Notes: generated by a model from the letters alone, not told the origin. A stretch of DNA of 41,045 nt from Acidobacteriaceae bacterium (GCA_003164255.1 PLST01000180.1:1431-42475), one strand, 5' to 3'. Numbered from the stretch's first letter, positions 8,881 to 17,824 are shown. Numbers and translations are program-made.

Positions 8881-9347
8881 AGCTTGCGAAGACCCAGCAC
8901 GCGGTGGTCAACCAGCCAGCTCTTCACAACGTAGACCAGCTTGTTGTTGCTGCCTGGGTCCGTGGGCAGAACAAAGAATCCCGGGTCAACCAGATAGCGA
9001 ATCGAGTTATAGACGATTCCTTCCATCACTTCCCCATCGAGGAACTGAAACCGCATCCAGATCCCATGGATGATGGGCGCGCGGGTGTGGAAGTTGAGAT
9101 GGTTCCGGACCGGATTTCCATCAAAACTATTGACATAAAAGACTGCCTTGCAATCTTTGATGTCAATATCTTCAATCGCATCGGTATCGAGTCGCCGAAT
9201 TCGTATTGTCTCAGGAAAATTCTGGGGAGCGCTGCTGAGCAACTCTTCAATTGTGTTCCAGGCCGGGGACTCCAGGTAACCCTTGATGGTCCCCGATCCC
9301 GATTGGATGACAACTTTTTCCGATTTGGCGACATTGGCTAAGGTCAT
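8877..9347 (-). CDS. Conserved hypothetical protein, DUF6982-like
   Basis: Motifs KVVI...IKGY, KAVFYVNSFDG, FLDGEVMEG, GFFVLPTDPGSNN recalled as typical of this family; start ATG 9347 is a judgement call. Confidence 0.72.
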   Translation of the reverse strand: MTLANVAKSEKVVIQSGSGTIKGYLESPAWNTIEELLSSAPQNFPETIRIRRLDTDAIEDIDIKDCKAVFYVNSFDGNPVRNHLNFHTRAPIIHGIWMRFQFLDGEVMEGIVYNSIRYLVDPGFFVLPTDPGSNNKLVYVVKSWLVDHRVLGLRKL

Positions 9348-9549
9348 GAATTTGCGAACTTTCCCGCACGCCCCAGGCACACTGCCAGGCAGAGTAGCGG
9401 CGACTTATCATAATGATCCTGAATCAGTTGCAATGTATGCAATCCCAAGTTCGTGCTAGTTCTTCCGTTCATTGACAGGAGGTTTCAGGGCAATGGGATG
9501 GCAGCCTTTCAAGGCAACCGCAGGGCGAGAAAGGAGGTTTCCCCAGTCC

Positions 9550-9565
9550 GGCCTTTCTGATGCCA
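9550..9565 (-). promoter_or_regulatory. Weak candidate sigma54 promoter for the DUF6982-like gene
   Basis: Minus strand TGGCATCAGAAAGGCC has GG-N10-GC but lacks the TT before GC. Confidence 0.3.
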
Positions 9566-9768
9566 ATCTTCTAAAAACCAGGGCGTGATCCGGTCGTTTT
9601 TCATTTATTTACTTCCCGGCCTCAAGGTATTTGTTGCGCTGCTTTCGTCAGGGTTGATCGCTACCCTCTTTGTTTGATAGGCCCTTTTTCAATTCCGGTG
9701 CGATGAGCGCTTTACGCAGGGTCTCAAGGCGCCTGTCAAAATTCGCTAAACCGAACTATCCCCATGGA

Positions 9769-9781
9769 AATCAATAAGTTG
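9769..9781 (+). promoter_or_regulatory. IHF binding site (AATCAAtaagTTG)
   Basis: Exact WATCAANNNNTTR match in the long intergenic region. Confidence 0.65.
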
Positions 9782-9808
9782 TATTGAGAGCGATACCAGC
9801 TTCGTTCC

Positions 9809-9824
9809 TGGCAATGTACCTGCG
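9809..9824 (+). promoter_or_regulatory. Candidate sigma54 promoter with no annotated gene downstream
   Basis: TGGCAATGTACCTGCG (GG-N10-GC), 27 bp downstream of a consensus IHF site. Confidence 0.5.
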
Positions 9825-9834
9825 TTTATTGTCC

Positions 9835-10040
9835 TCGCTGTACTTGATCGGTTGACCGTATTACAAATGAGTGAACTCAAGGTCGTCTGTTCCAGTTCGC
9901 TCACATGCAGTGTAACTCACTGTTCCGTGTGGAGAACTCGGTGCAAATACAAGACTTTTTGATGTTAGGCCAATCGGCGATGCTCGCGGTTTCGACCTGT
10001 AGTCATGGCTCTAGGTCGCCGGTCGCGGAGAGCCCGGTTT
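9835..10040 (+). ncRNA. Putative structured small RNA (alternatively a 31-aa Cys-rich peptide, 9867..9962)
   Basis: Follows the IHF and sigma54 boxes; hairpins at 9868-9903 (10-bp stem, one G-U), 9908-9922 and CGACCT...AGGTCG near 9992-10018. Boundaries are estimates. Confidence 0.3.
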
Positions 10041-10049
10041 TCGTGCTCG

Positions 10050-11537
10050 TTATGCGCTCTGTGCGCGGTCCAGGCCGGGCGCCTTTTCTATAGACACCTG
10101 ATGCTTCCGAGGCGGTGGAGTCAGGTTGTATTGTTTGATTTTGTACAGCAACGCCTTGTAGCTGATTTGAAGATCGTTTGCCGCCACCTTGCGGTTCCAG
10201 CCTGAAACCTCAAGCGACTGAGCGATTGCGGCCGCTTCAGCGCCGCCTTTCAGATTTTTGACGAGGTGTTTCAGGCTGCGATCGTTCTCAGAGCCTTCCG
10301 CTGAAGGCGACGCTGCCCCATTGCGCTGCCAGGGATGCAACTCGTCGATAATCGCCTGCTCGTCTGCAAGAACCAGGTAGCGTTTAATCGTATTTTCCAG
10401 CTCCCTGAGGTTTCCTGGCCAGCGGTAGCTGGTGAGAGCCTGGAGAAGGACAGGCGAGATGGGCAGCGGGTCGCACTCATACTTGGCCGCGACCTTGCGC
10501 ATGAAGTGCTTTGAGAGAACGGGAATCTCTTCAGTGCGCTCGCGCAGTGGAGGCATCTTCAGGGTGAATCCGTTCAAGCGGTAGTACAGATCCTCGCGAA
10601 ATATCTTCTGAGCAATGGCCGCCTTGATGTCGACGTTGGTTGCGGCAATCACTCTCACATCCACCTTGACGCTGGTCCGGCTTCCCAGGCGCGAGAAGCT
10701 GCCGTCCTGCAGCACCTGCAGCAGCTTGGCCTGCAAAACCGTTGGCATCTCGGCGACCTCGTCGAGCAGGATTGTGCCGTTATTGCAGATCTCGAACTTT
10801 CCGGGTTTTGACTTGACGGCACCGGTAAAAGCACCCTGCTCGTAACCGAAAAGTTCGCTCTCCAGCAGATCTGCCGGCATGGCCGCGCAATTGACCTTCA
10901 GAAAGCTTCGCTGGCTGCGCGCCGAAAGCTTGTGAATCAGCATCGCCGCCACTTCTTTTCCCGTGCCGCTCTCCCCAAGGATCAGGACGGGGATATCGGC
11001 GCGGGCGACCAGCGCGCATTGCGATTCGATCTCCCGCATACGCTTGCACGTCCTCACAAAGGACGTGTTCTCGTTCAGTGGAATCTCTTCCACGTCGGCT
11101 TCAGGCGTCTTCTTGTCAGATTCCCTCAGGTACTGCTCAAGAGCCGCGTCAATATCGCTCTTCCTGAATGGCTTCAGAATCACGTCGGCCGCGCCCATCT
11201 GTGTGGCCGCCACCACTTCTTTCAACTCGGCTGAACAGGCGAACATGATGACCGGCAGCGTGGGCTTGGATGCCCGGACTCTGCTGAGCAGGCCGAGGGC
11301 ATTCTCCTCCGAGTCGTTTTCGACGATATTCCAGTCAAGCAGAAGCAGGTCCGGAGCAGGGGTTTCTCGCAGGCTCTGGTTGAATTTTGCGGCATCGGAA
11401 AACAAGCTGACGGCGTAGCGATCCGCAAGAATCTCATTCAGGTAATCCAGGATGGCTGGATCACCGTCGAGAACAGCAATTTGCGGATTGCGCTTTGCCT
11501 GTGCCTTCACTGACGTTCCCCTCTGCATTCTTGACAT
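10050..11537 (-). CDS. sigma54-dependent transcriptional regulator (NtrC/AtoC family): receiver + AAA+ + Fis-type HTH (bEBP-1)
   Basis: GGAGA RBS before ATG 11537; receiver PDLLLLD...KPF; GESGTGKE; ESELFGYEQGAFTGA; LLDEV; FREDLYYRLN; WPGNLREL; HTH LQISYKALLYK. Confidence 0.93.
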   Translation of the reverse strand: MSRMQRGTSVKAQAKRNPQIAVLDGDPAILDYLNEILADRYAVSLFSDAAKFNQSLRETPAPDLLLLDWNIVENDSEENALGLLSRVRASKPTLPVIMFACSAELKEVVAATQMGAADVILKPFRKSDIDAALEQYLRESDKKTPEADVEEIPLNENTSFVRTCKRMREIESQCALVARADIPVLILGESGTGKEVAAMLIHKLSARSQRSFLKVNCAAMPADLLESELFGYEQGAFTGAVKSKPGKFEICNNGTILLDEVAEMPTVLQAKLLQVLQDGSFSRLGSRTSVKVDVRVIAATNVDIKAAIAQKIFREDLYYRLNGFTLKMPPLRERTEEIPVLSKHFMRKVAAKYECDPLPISPVLLQALTSYRWPGNLRELENTIKRYLVLADEQAIIDELHPWQRNGAASPSAEGSENDRSLKHLVKNLKGGAEAAAIAQSLEVSGWNRKVAANDLQISYKALLYKIKQYNLTPPPRKHQVSIEKAPGLDRAQSA

Positions 11538-11737
11538 TGTTGCTTCTCCCGCGCACGCCATAGCATTCTTAGACGAGGCCAGTACCATGCGTCACAAGTC
11601 GAGGGCGGGGGATACTCGTACGATTCGAATGGCATATTGCCGCGGGCTGCCAAAAAAACCGCTGTCGTGCGGATCAGCTCAACAAGCGAGTGAACGGGGA
11701 GCCCAAAAGTGAAGCCGTGAAACAACATCTTACCATC

Positions 11738-11756
11738 GGAAGTGGTAAATGTTTTC
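11738..11756 (+). promoter_or_regulatory. Candidate enhancer (UAS) GGAAGTGGTAAATGTTTTC, copy 1
   Basis: 17/19 identical to 33960-33978; overlaps inverted repeat TTACCA-N7-TGGTAA (11730-11748); about 110 bp upstream of a sigma54 box. Confidence 0.5.
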
Positions 11757-11867
11757 GCTTTTTGCGCACGGATTTACACAATCCGTAGCACGAGTGGGAA
11801 TGCGGGTTGAGGAAAAGCCGGACACTATCACTTTAGGGTTAATTTGCTGGTTACTTTCGTGTGATTT

Positions 11868-11883
11868 TGGCGCTGTTCTTGCT
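11868..11883 (+). promoter_or_regulatory. sigma54 promoter P1 of bEBP-2
   Basis: TGGCGCTGTTCTTGCT (GG-N10-GC, TTGCT). Confidence 0.65.
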
Positions 11884-11890
11884 CCGAGTG

Positions 11891-11906
11891 TGGCCCGAAA
11901 GTTGCA
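11891..11906 (+). promoter_or_regulatory. sigma54 promoter P2 of bEBP-2
   Basis: TGGCCCGAAAGTTGCA (GG-N10-GC, TTGCA), offset 23 bp from P1. Confidence 0.65.
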
Positions 11907-11947
11907 ACATTGTTTCCCTAGATACTTTCCCCCTGAAACGGATTGAA

Positions 11948-12997
11948 ATGGCTCTCTCGCGTGCCTCCTGGTCAGTGAATGTTCACGATCTGCCGCCGAT
12001 GGATGTGATCTTCGGGCGTTCCGCAGTGATGGCTGCTGCTCGCGAAAAGCTTGATCGTATCGCGGATACGACGGTACCCGTTCTCGTGCAGGGCGAGAGC
12101 GGCACGGGCAAGGAGATTCTGGCCAGGCTGCTGCATGCTCAGTCCAATCGCGCACATGGTTCCTGGGTCAAGGTTACCTGTCCGGCAATCCCGCACTCCC
12201 TTATCGAGTCGGAGCTCTTTGGATATGAGAAGGGAGCGTTCACGGGCGCGTACGCCACCAAGCGCGGCCGTGTGGAGCTGGCTCACATGGGCACCCTGTT
12301 CCTGGATGAAGTGGGCGGTCTGGATCTATCGATTCAAGCCAAGTTGCTGCAGGTGCTCCAGGATGGGACCTTCATGCGGATAGGTGCGCAGGAGTCGAGG
12401 GTCGTGAATACAAGGCTGATCTGCGCAGCACTTGGAAATCTCAGGCAACAGACTGAGGAAGGCAGTTTCCGCCTGGACTTTTTCTATCGCATCAATGCGG
12501 TCACTATCGATTTGCCGCCGTTGCGAGAGCGTGTGATTGATCTGCCCATGCTGATCGACTATTTTCTTGAGGAACATGGCAAGGCATATCGCGTAGACCC
12601 AAAACCGCTCTCACGCGAAGCCATGCGAGCGATGCAGCGATACAGTTGGCCCGGAAACATCCGCCAATTGGAAAATTTGATCCGCACCTATGTTCTGATG
12701 GGCGACGAGGAAGCTCTGGTCAGTGAGCTGGTCTCGGTTTCTCCTCCCTTGGGTTTACCCCAGATCGACCTGGCCAACCCGGTCTCGCTGAAGGAGATTA
12801 CCAAAGCCGCAACCCGGGGCCTTGAGAGGGATATCATTCTCAAAGTTCTGCAGGCAAACGGATGGAGCCGCCGGAAAACGGCCAAATGGCTCAACATCAG
12901 CTACAGATCCCTTTTGTACAAGCTGCAGGAAACCGAAGTGAACGCTCCTTCTATCAGACCGCGGAAGAGCGTGCGTTCGATTCCGGGAACCAATTGA
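11948..12997 (+). CDS. sigma54 enhancer-binding protein lacking an N-terminal regulatory domain (bEBP-2)
   Basis: AAA+ starts about 20 aa after ATG 11948; GESGTGKE, ESELFGYEKGAFTGA, FLDEV, FRLDFFYRIN, WPGNIRQLEN; HTH LNISYRSLLYK. Confidence 0.92.
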   Translation: MALSRASWSVNVHDLPPMDVIFGRSAVMAAAREKLDRIADTTVPVLVQGESGTGKEILARLLHAQSNRAHGSWVKVTCPAIPHSLIESELFGYEKGAFTGAYATKRGRVELAHMGTLFLDEVGGLDLSIQAKLLQVLQDGTFMRIGAQESRVVNTRLICAALGNLRQQTEEGSFRLDFFYRINAVTIDLPPLRERVIDLPMLIDYFLEEHGKAYRVDPKPLSREAMRAMQRYSWPGNIRQLENLIRTYVLMGDEEALVSELVSVSPPLGLPQIDLANPVSLKEITKAATRGLERDIILKVLQANGWSRRKTAKWLNISYRSLLYKLQETEVNAPSIRPRKSVRSIPGTN

Positions 12998-13028
12998 CTC
13001 AAGATTGGTCGAGTCCGGCGGTGCGCAG

Positions 13029-13673
13029 CTACATCCACCCGCGGAGCTGATAGTAGACAATCTTGACCGACTCTTCCGTCATGATCTCAAAATCTGAGAA
13101 GCGCCCGGTTCGATTCTCGGCGGATTGCAGCACATCCGGAATCGGCATTGGAGTGACGTCCATGCCGAGTTTGCGAAAGACCCGGGTTGCCCTGAAGATG
13201 TGAAAGTCGCTTGTGAGCAGGATTTTTCTGCCGGGCATTCCATTCAGCAGACGTGAGGTTTCGAGCGCGTTTTCCCGAGTGCTTGAAGATCGCCACTCAG
13301 CCAACATGGCCTGGCGAGGAACACCGTTGCTCGCCAGGAAGTTGAGGATGCCGGGGCCACCACCCCCGCTGATCACAATCTTTTTGAAGCTTCCCGTCTG
13401 CCAGGCAACCAGGGCAAAGCGAGCGCGCCAGTAAGACGAAAAAGAAATGCCGCCATTGTCGTCGTTCGCCGCGCTGAGCAGGATGAGGATGTCGCCCCTG
13501 GGCTGGTCCATTGGCCCAGAGTAGGCCCGAGCCCACCACGAGACGATAGGAGTGAAGATAACCAGCACCGTCGTGAGTCCGATCACTGCGAACAGACCGG
13601 TGAGACCCCTTCGCAGCCTGGTCAGGGAGGTTTCGTGCGGGCGGACTTTACGGCTCGGCGGTCTAACCGGCAT
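13029..13673 (-). CDS. YdcF/DUF218 (ElyC-like) membrane-anchored protein
   Basis: N-terminal TM; ISGG, SSTRENA, LLTSDFHIFRA, E..K..YY; ATG 13673 overlaps the upstream glycosyltransferase end. Confidence 0.85.
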   Translation of the reverse strand: MPVRPPSRKVRPHETSLTRLRRGLTGLFAVIGLTTVLVIFTPIVSWWARAYSGPMDQPRGDILILLSAANDDNGGISFSSYWRARFALVAWQTGSFKKIVISGGGGPGILNFLASNGVPRQAMLAEWRSSSTRENALETSRLLNGMPGRKILLTSDFHIFRATRVFRKLGMDVTPMPIPDVLQSAENRTGRFSDFEIMTEESVKIVYYQLRGWM

Positions 13674-14838
13674 GCGGAGACGCCTTCCTGGTTTGCACAA
13701 CCGATTCGAAGACGGCGAGCAACTCATCGGAGACAGTGTTCCAGCTCCGGCTGCGCTGCGCGGACAGGGCGTTTTCGTCCCAGGTTTGATCGAGCACCGA
13801 TCCAATGGCCCGGGCAAGAGCCGCAGCGTCACGCGGAGGCACGAGGCAGCCGCACGTGTTGCTCATGATCTCAGGGATGCCCCCAACGTTGGTTGCGACG
13901 ACAGGGCGTCCACAAGCCTGCGCCTCCAGAACCACATTCGGACAACCTTCCATATAGCTAGGCAGTGTCACCAGGTCGGCAGCAGCCATCCAGACGGCCA
14001 CATCGTCAAAGTCGCAAGCCGGGAGCGCGTGAATGTATCGCGCGGCATCCCTGGTATCGATAGCGCCCTTGATTATCGATCGATCCGGTCCGGCACCGAC
14101 AAGATAGAGCTGAAGGTTGGGGCGCGCGGAATGCAGTGAAGTCGCCGCATCGACTAGTTCGCTTAGACCCTTCTTCAAGTCCATGCGGCCGATATACACC
14201 ACGGCCTCGGCGTCGGGATGCAGGCCTAATTTCCGTCTAGCCTCCTGGCGGTCTCTTACATGGAAGACCATTGGATCGCAACCGTTCACGATGGCGCGGC
14301 TCTTCTGTTGCGATGCACCCATCAGAACGCCTTTGTCGCGCAAGTTGCTGCTGACCGTGACCAGGAAATCAGACTCGCGCAGAACAGAACGCGTGAGCAT
14401 GGCCGAGAGCGGGTCGCCTATGCTGTTGATGTCGGAGCCAATGCTCATGGCAACAGTTGGAACGGAGAGCGCCTGGCCGATCTTGAGAGCGGCATATCCA
14501 TCGGGATAAAGAAAGCAGCTGAAGATCACGTCAGGGGCGAAGCTACGGACATGAGGCAGAAGCGCTCGCGCGGCCATCCAGCCGTTTAAAGGGCGGGAGA
14601 CGAGCGGAAGGGAAGGGAAGTCGTAGTAGCTCGCTTTCACATCCGCAGGGCTCCAGGAAGCATCGAGATTCGCATAAATCCGGCTGCGTGGTTTAAGCCA
14701 GGACGGATACCGCGCATTCGGATAAAAGACTTGTACATCAGCCTGGCGCGCAAGCACGCGGAGCGTCTGATAGGCCGAGCGGCCCTGCCATGGCTCCGCC
14801 GAACTGGGGAAGTAGCGCGTGACGACGGCGATCTTCAT
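13663..14838 (-). CDS. Glycosyltransferase family 4 (TuaC-like)
   Basis: MKIAVVTRYFP; YPDG; GSDIN; EGCPNVVLEAQACGRPVVATNVGGIPE (EX7E). Confidence 0.92.
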   Translation of the reverse strand: MKIAVVTRYFPSSAEPWQGRSAYQTLRVLARQADVQVFYPNARYPSWLKPRSRIYANLDASWSPADVKASYYDFPSLPLVSRPLNGWMAARALLPHVRSFAPDVIFSCFLYPDGYAALKIGQALSVPTVAMSIGSDINSIGDPLSAMLTRSVLRESDFLVTVSSNLRDKGVLMGASQQKSRAIVNGCDPMVFHVRDRQEARRKLGLHPDAEAVVYIGRMDLKKGLSELVDAATSLHSARPNLQLYLVGAGPDRSIIKGAIDTRDAARYIHALPACDFDDVAVWMAAADLVTLPSYMEGCPNVVLEAQACGRPVVATNVGGIPEIMSNTCGCLVPPRDAAALARAIGSVLDQTWDENALSAQRSRSWNTVSDELLAVFESVVQTRKASPHAG

Positions 14839-14858
14839 TGCTGAACCTGCGGCATGGC

Positions 14859-16061
14859 TTAATTGTATTGAATCCGGTTGTTGATAAGGACCGCTTCGAA
14901 CTCGCGAGAGACCGCTTCCCATGAGAATTCGTTCTGCGCGCGCTTAAGCGCGCTGTCTGCCATCGAGTGCCGGAGAGATTCGGTTCTCAGCAGGCGAACA
15001 CAGGCAGCCGCAAAGCTGTGAGGATCGTCGGCGATGGCGATATCGGCGCCGTCCTGGTAGCAAAGTCCCTCCGCGCCCACTTTTGTTGAAACCACAGGAA
15101 GGCCGGCAGCCATGCACTCGTAAATCTTTAGCCGGGTACCGCCTCCAATGCGGATTGGCACAACTGAAATCCTTGAGCCCCACAGATAGGGGCGCATATC
15201 GTCAACCTTGCCAGTCACGGATACCCCAGTAAATCCCTGCACTGCCTTAAGCACTCTGGCGTCAGGCGACCGTCCGGCGATGGTGAAGGTTGCGGAGGGG
15301 AGTTGTTCGCGAATCAGGGGAAGTACTTCCCTCACAAAATGCTCGACTGCATCCACATTCGGAAGCCAATCCATGGAACCGCTGAAGATCATGTCGGCCA
15401 CATGCGGGGTTGTGCCGGGCGCTGCAAAGTACTCCAGGTCGACTCCGGTTGGTACGCTTGTAACTCCCTTGACTCCGAACATCGTCTTCATTCGCTCGGC
15501 GTCGATCTCTGAAACTGCGATCACGTGCTTCGACTGCAGGCAGATTTTCCTTTCGTAATTCTCCATCTTGCTCGCCTGTAACTGAAAGTAAAACTTCTTC
15601 GCCAGCGATTGGCTCTGTTCGACATGGCGTTTCCAGATGGTTGTTTCGACATTATGTTCGAAAAGAATGCACTTACCCAAATCAGGCAGATTTGGCGCAG
15701 ACGCAAGAAAATCGCAGACAATCGCGTCATAGTTTTCTGCGGCGATCAAGTCGCTCACCTTTTGCTTGAGCGGCTTTGAGAAATAGCGCGAAACCGCAAT
15801 TGGCACCGCGTTCACAATGCTTCCCACCAGTTGTGGATAGATCATGATTGACGCTCGCCCGGGGACGGAGTGCTCAACAGCAAAGTGCCGGCTGGAGTAT
15901 TCCGGGCTCCTGCGCGGCCCTTCCTCGTTGCCTGGCTCATTCAGTCCGGCAAAGTGCACCTCATGCCGTTTGTGGAGTTCCTTCAGAATTCCGAGGGTGC
16001 GAATCTGTCCGCCCCGGTCCGTTGGATGCAGGAAACAGGGGCAGACCCAGAGTATCTTCAT
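14859..16061 (-). CDS. Glycosyltransferase family 4, of the type found in PEP-CTERM-associated EPS loci
   Basis: PTDRGGQIR; HNVE; GSMDWLPNVDA; GGGTRLKIYECMAAGLPVVST. Confidence 0.9.
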   Translation of the reverse strand: MKILWVCPCFLHPTDRGGQIRTLGILKELHKRHEVHFAGLNEPGNEEGPRRSPEYSSRHFAVEHSVPGRASIMIYPQLVGSIVNAVPIAVSRYFSKPLKQKVSDLIAAENYDAIVCDFLASAPNLPDLGKCILFEHNVETTIWKRHVEQSQSLAKKFYFQLQASKMENYERKICLQSKHVIAVSEIDAERMKTMFGVKGVTSVPTGVDLEYFAAPGTTPHVADMIFSGSMDWLPNVDAVEHFVREVLPLIREQLPSATFTIAGRSPDARVLKAVQGFTGVSVTGKVDDMRPYLWGSRISVVPIRIGGGTRLKIYECMAAGLPVVSTKVGAEGLCYQDGADIAIADDPHSFAAACVRLLRTESLRHSMADSALKRAQNEFSWEAVSREFEAVLINNRIQYN

Positions 16062-16170
16062 CGTCGCTCTACACTCCTCGGAAGTGGGATGGCGTGTGCC
16101 GCCTTTGTCCTAGATATTAGTGATGAAAACCCCATGATAAACTACCCCAGTGTGAGGCAGGACGGATAAG

Positions 16171-17451
16171 ATGAGCAGTAAGAAGAACATAGTCGTGATG
16201 GGTCTTGGCTACGTTGGTTGTGTAAGCGCGGCGTGCCTTGCTGAAATTGGTCACAACGTGCTTGGAGTCGACCGCGATATTCATAAGGTTGAGTCGATTG
16301 CCAAGGGACAATCGCCCTTTTTTGAAGCGGGGCTAGAGACCCTTATCAAGCGTAACCTCGCCGCAGGGCGGCTCAAGGCTGGGACACTTACAAAAGAAGC
16401 TCTTCAAGCTGCAGATGTTGTGTTGCTCTGCGTTGGCACTCCCTCGCAGGCGAACGGTAACATCGACCTGAGCCATCTGCGCCGGGTCTGCGAAGACATC
16501 GCTGCCCTTCTGGGGCCGCGCAAGAAGCGATTGGCCATCACAGTGCGCAGCACGGTCTTTCCCGGAACTTGCGAAGGCCTCCTTGATTCCGCCTTTGCGG
16601 ACTGCAAGGACGTGGACATTGTCTCGAATCCAGAGTTTCTCAGGGAAGGTACTGCCGTGAAGGACTTCATGGAGCCGTCTCTGATCGTGGTAGGAGGGAG
16701 CCAGGAAAAGGCAGCAAAATCGGTAGCAGAAATGTATGCCGGCTTGCCGGGCGAGGTTTCCGTCGTTTCACTGCGAACCGCAGAGATGATCAAATACGCC
16801 TGCAACGCCTTCCATGCCGTCAAGATAGGATTCGCAAACGAGGTTGGTTCGCTGGCTTCGAGCCTCGGAGTCGACCCCGAGCAGGTTATGGCGACCATGT
16901 GCAACGACACAAAACTGAATATTTCTACCACTTATCTCAAGCCCGGTTTTGCCTTTGGCGGTTCGTGCCTGCCCAAGGATTTGCGCGCTCTGAACTTTCG
17001 CGCTTCTCGCCTCGATTTGAAGTTGCCGCTGTTGGGATCGGTCCTCCACTCCAACGACGAACACCTTGGACGCAGCATTCACAAGGTGCTTGACTTGCCA
17101 GGCAAGCGAGCCGGGATCTTTGGTCTAGCCTTCAAGGAAGGTACTGACGACTTGCGTGAAAGTCCCGTGATCGCGATTATCGAACATCTGATTGGCAAAG
17201 GCAGAGACATCAGAATCTACGATCCGCATATTCAGCTTGACGGAATCTACGGCAGCAATCTAAGTTTCGTAGTTTCCGCTTTGCCGCATATCGGTAGATT
17301 GCTGCAGCGCAGCCTCGATGAATTGATCAAATCCTCAGATACCCTTGTCATCGCGCAGAAGCCCGCGGCTGCCGAGGCCAAACAACTGGCGGCCAGCGGA
17401 TTGCCGATTCTCGATCTGACCAGGCTTGAAAAGGATTCTTCAGCCGGCTAG
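16171..17451 (+). CDS. UDP-glucose/GDP-mannose dehydrogenase family protein (AlgD-like)
   Basis: GLGYVG Rossmann motif; NPEFLREG; AEMIKY; FAFGGSCLPKD with catalytic Cys; FKEGTDDLRESP. Confidence 0.93.
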   Translation: MSSKKNIVVMGLGYVGCVSAACLAEIGHNVLGVDRDIHKVESIAKGQSPFFEAGLETLIKRNLAAGRLKAGTLTKEALQAADVVLLCVGTPSQANGNIDLSHLRRVCEDIAALLGPRKKRLAITVRSTVFPGTCEGLLDSAFADCKDVDIVSNPEFLREGTAVKDFMEPSLIVVGGSQEKAAKSVAEMYAGLPGEVSVVSLRTAEMIKYACNAFHAVKIGFANEVGSLASSLGVDPEQVMATMCNDTKLNISTTYLKPGFAFGGSCLPKDLRALNFRASRLDLKLPLLGSVLHSNDEHLGRSIHKVLDLPGKRAGIFGLAFKEGTDDLRESPVIAIIEHLIGKGRDIRIYDPHIQLDGIYGSNLSFVVSALPHIGRLLQRSLDELIKSSDTLVIAQKPAAAEAKQLAASGLPILDLTRLEKDSSAG

Positions 17452-17500
17452 GGCGTCTCTTTCGCTCAGAGTCTGACCAGGCTTTGCCGTCACAAAGTGT

Positions 17501-17704
17501 TTATCTTGTTTGCACTGCGATGCGGCTGTTCAAGTTGGGCACCGGCGATCGGGCATGAATCGGTGCATCGACGGCCTGGTACATCTGCCATGCCGATGCC
17601 CAGTGGATCTCGATTCCCCTTCGGTCAGCCTCTTCCCCAAGCAGGCGAAAAAGTTCGGCGAGCCCCGTGTTCAGCAGCGATTCACGGCTTCTGTCCACCG
17701 CGCC
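17501..17704 (-). pseudogene. Orphan 3' end of a diverged copy of the 19790..20860 hypothetical gene
   Basis: 17537-17704 aligns without gaps to 19826-19993; 46 of 56 encoded residues identical; no matching 5' part. Confidence 0.88.
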
Positions 17705-17824
17705 GCAATGAAAAAGAGCGTTGAATGAACTGAGGCAAATGCAGGCCCTGCGGGTTCGCCCGGATGCGACCAACTCGCTCAGGACCGCAACTGTGCTTTC
17801 GCTGCAAACCTCAGAGAGGGATGA

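Noticed and set aside
9381-9760. Search for a c-di-GMP riboswitch or tRNA in the long intergenic regions
   Set aside because: No GEMM-type GGCAAA...GAAA...GACGCAAAGC pattern or cloverleaf could be found by eye.
9905-10093. 62-aa ORF downstream of the orphan sigma54 box
   Set aside because: No RBS, overlaps the end of bEBP-1 on the other strand, no motif.
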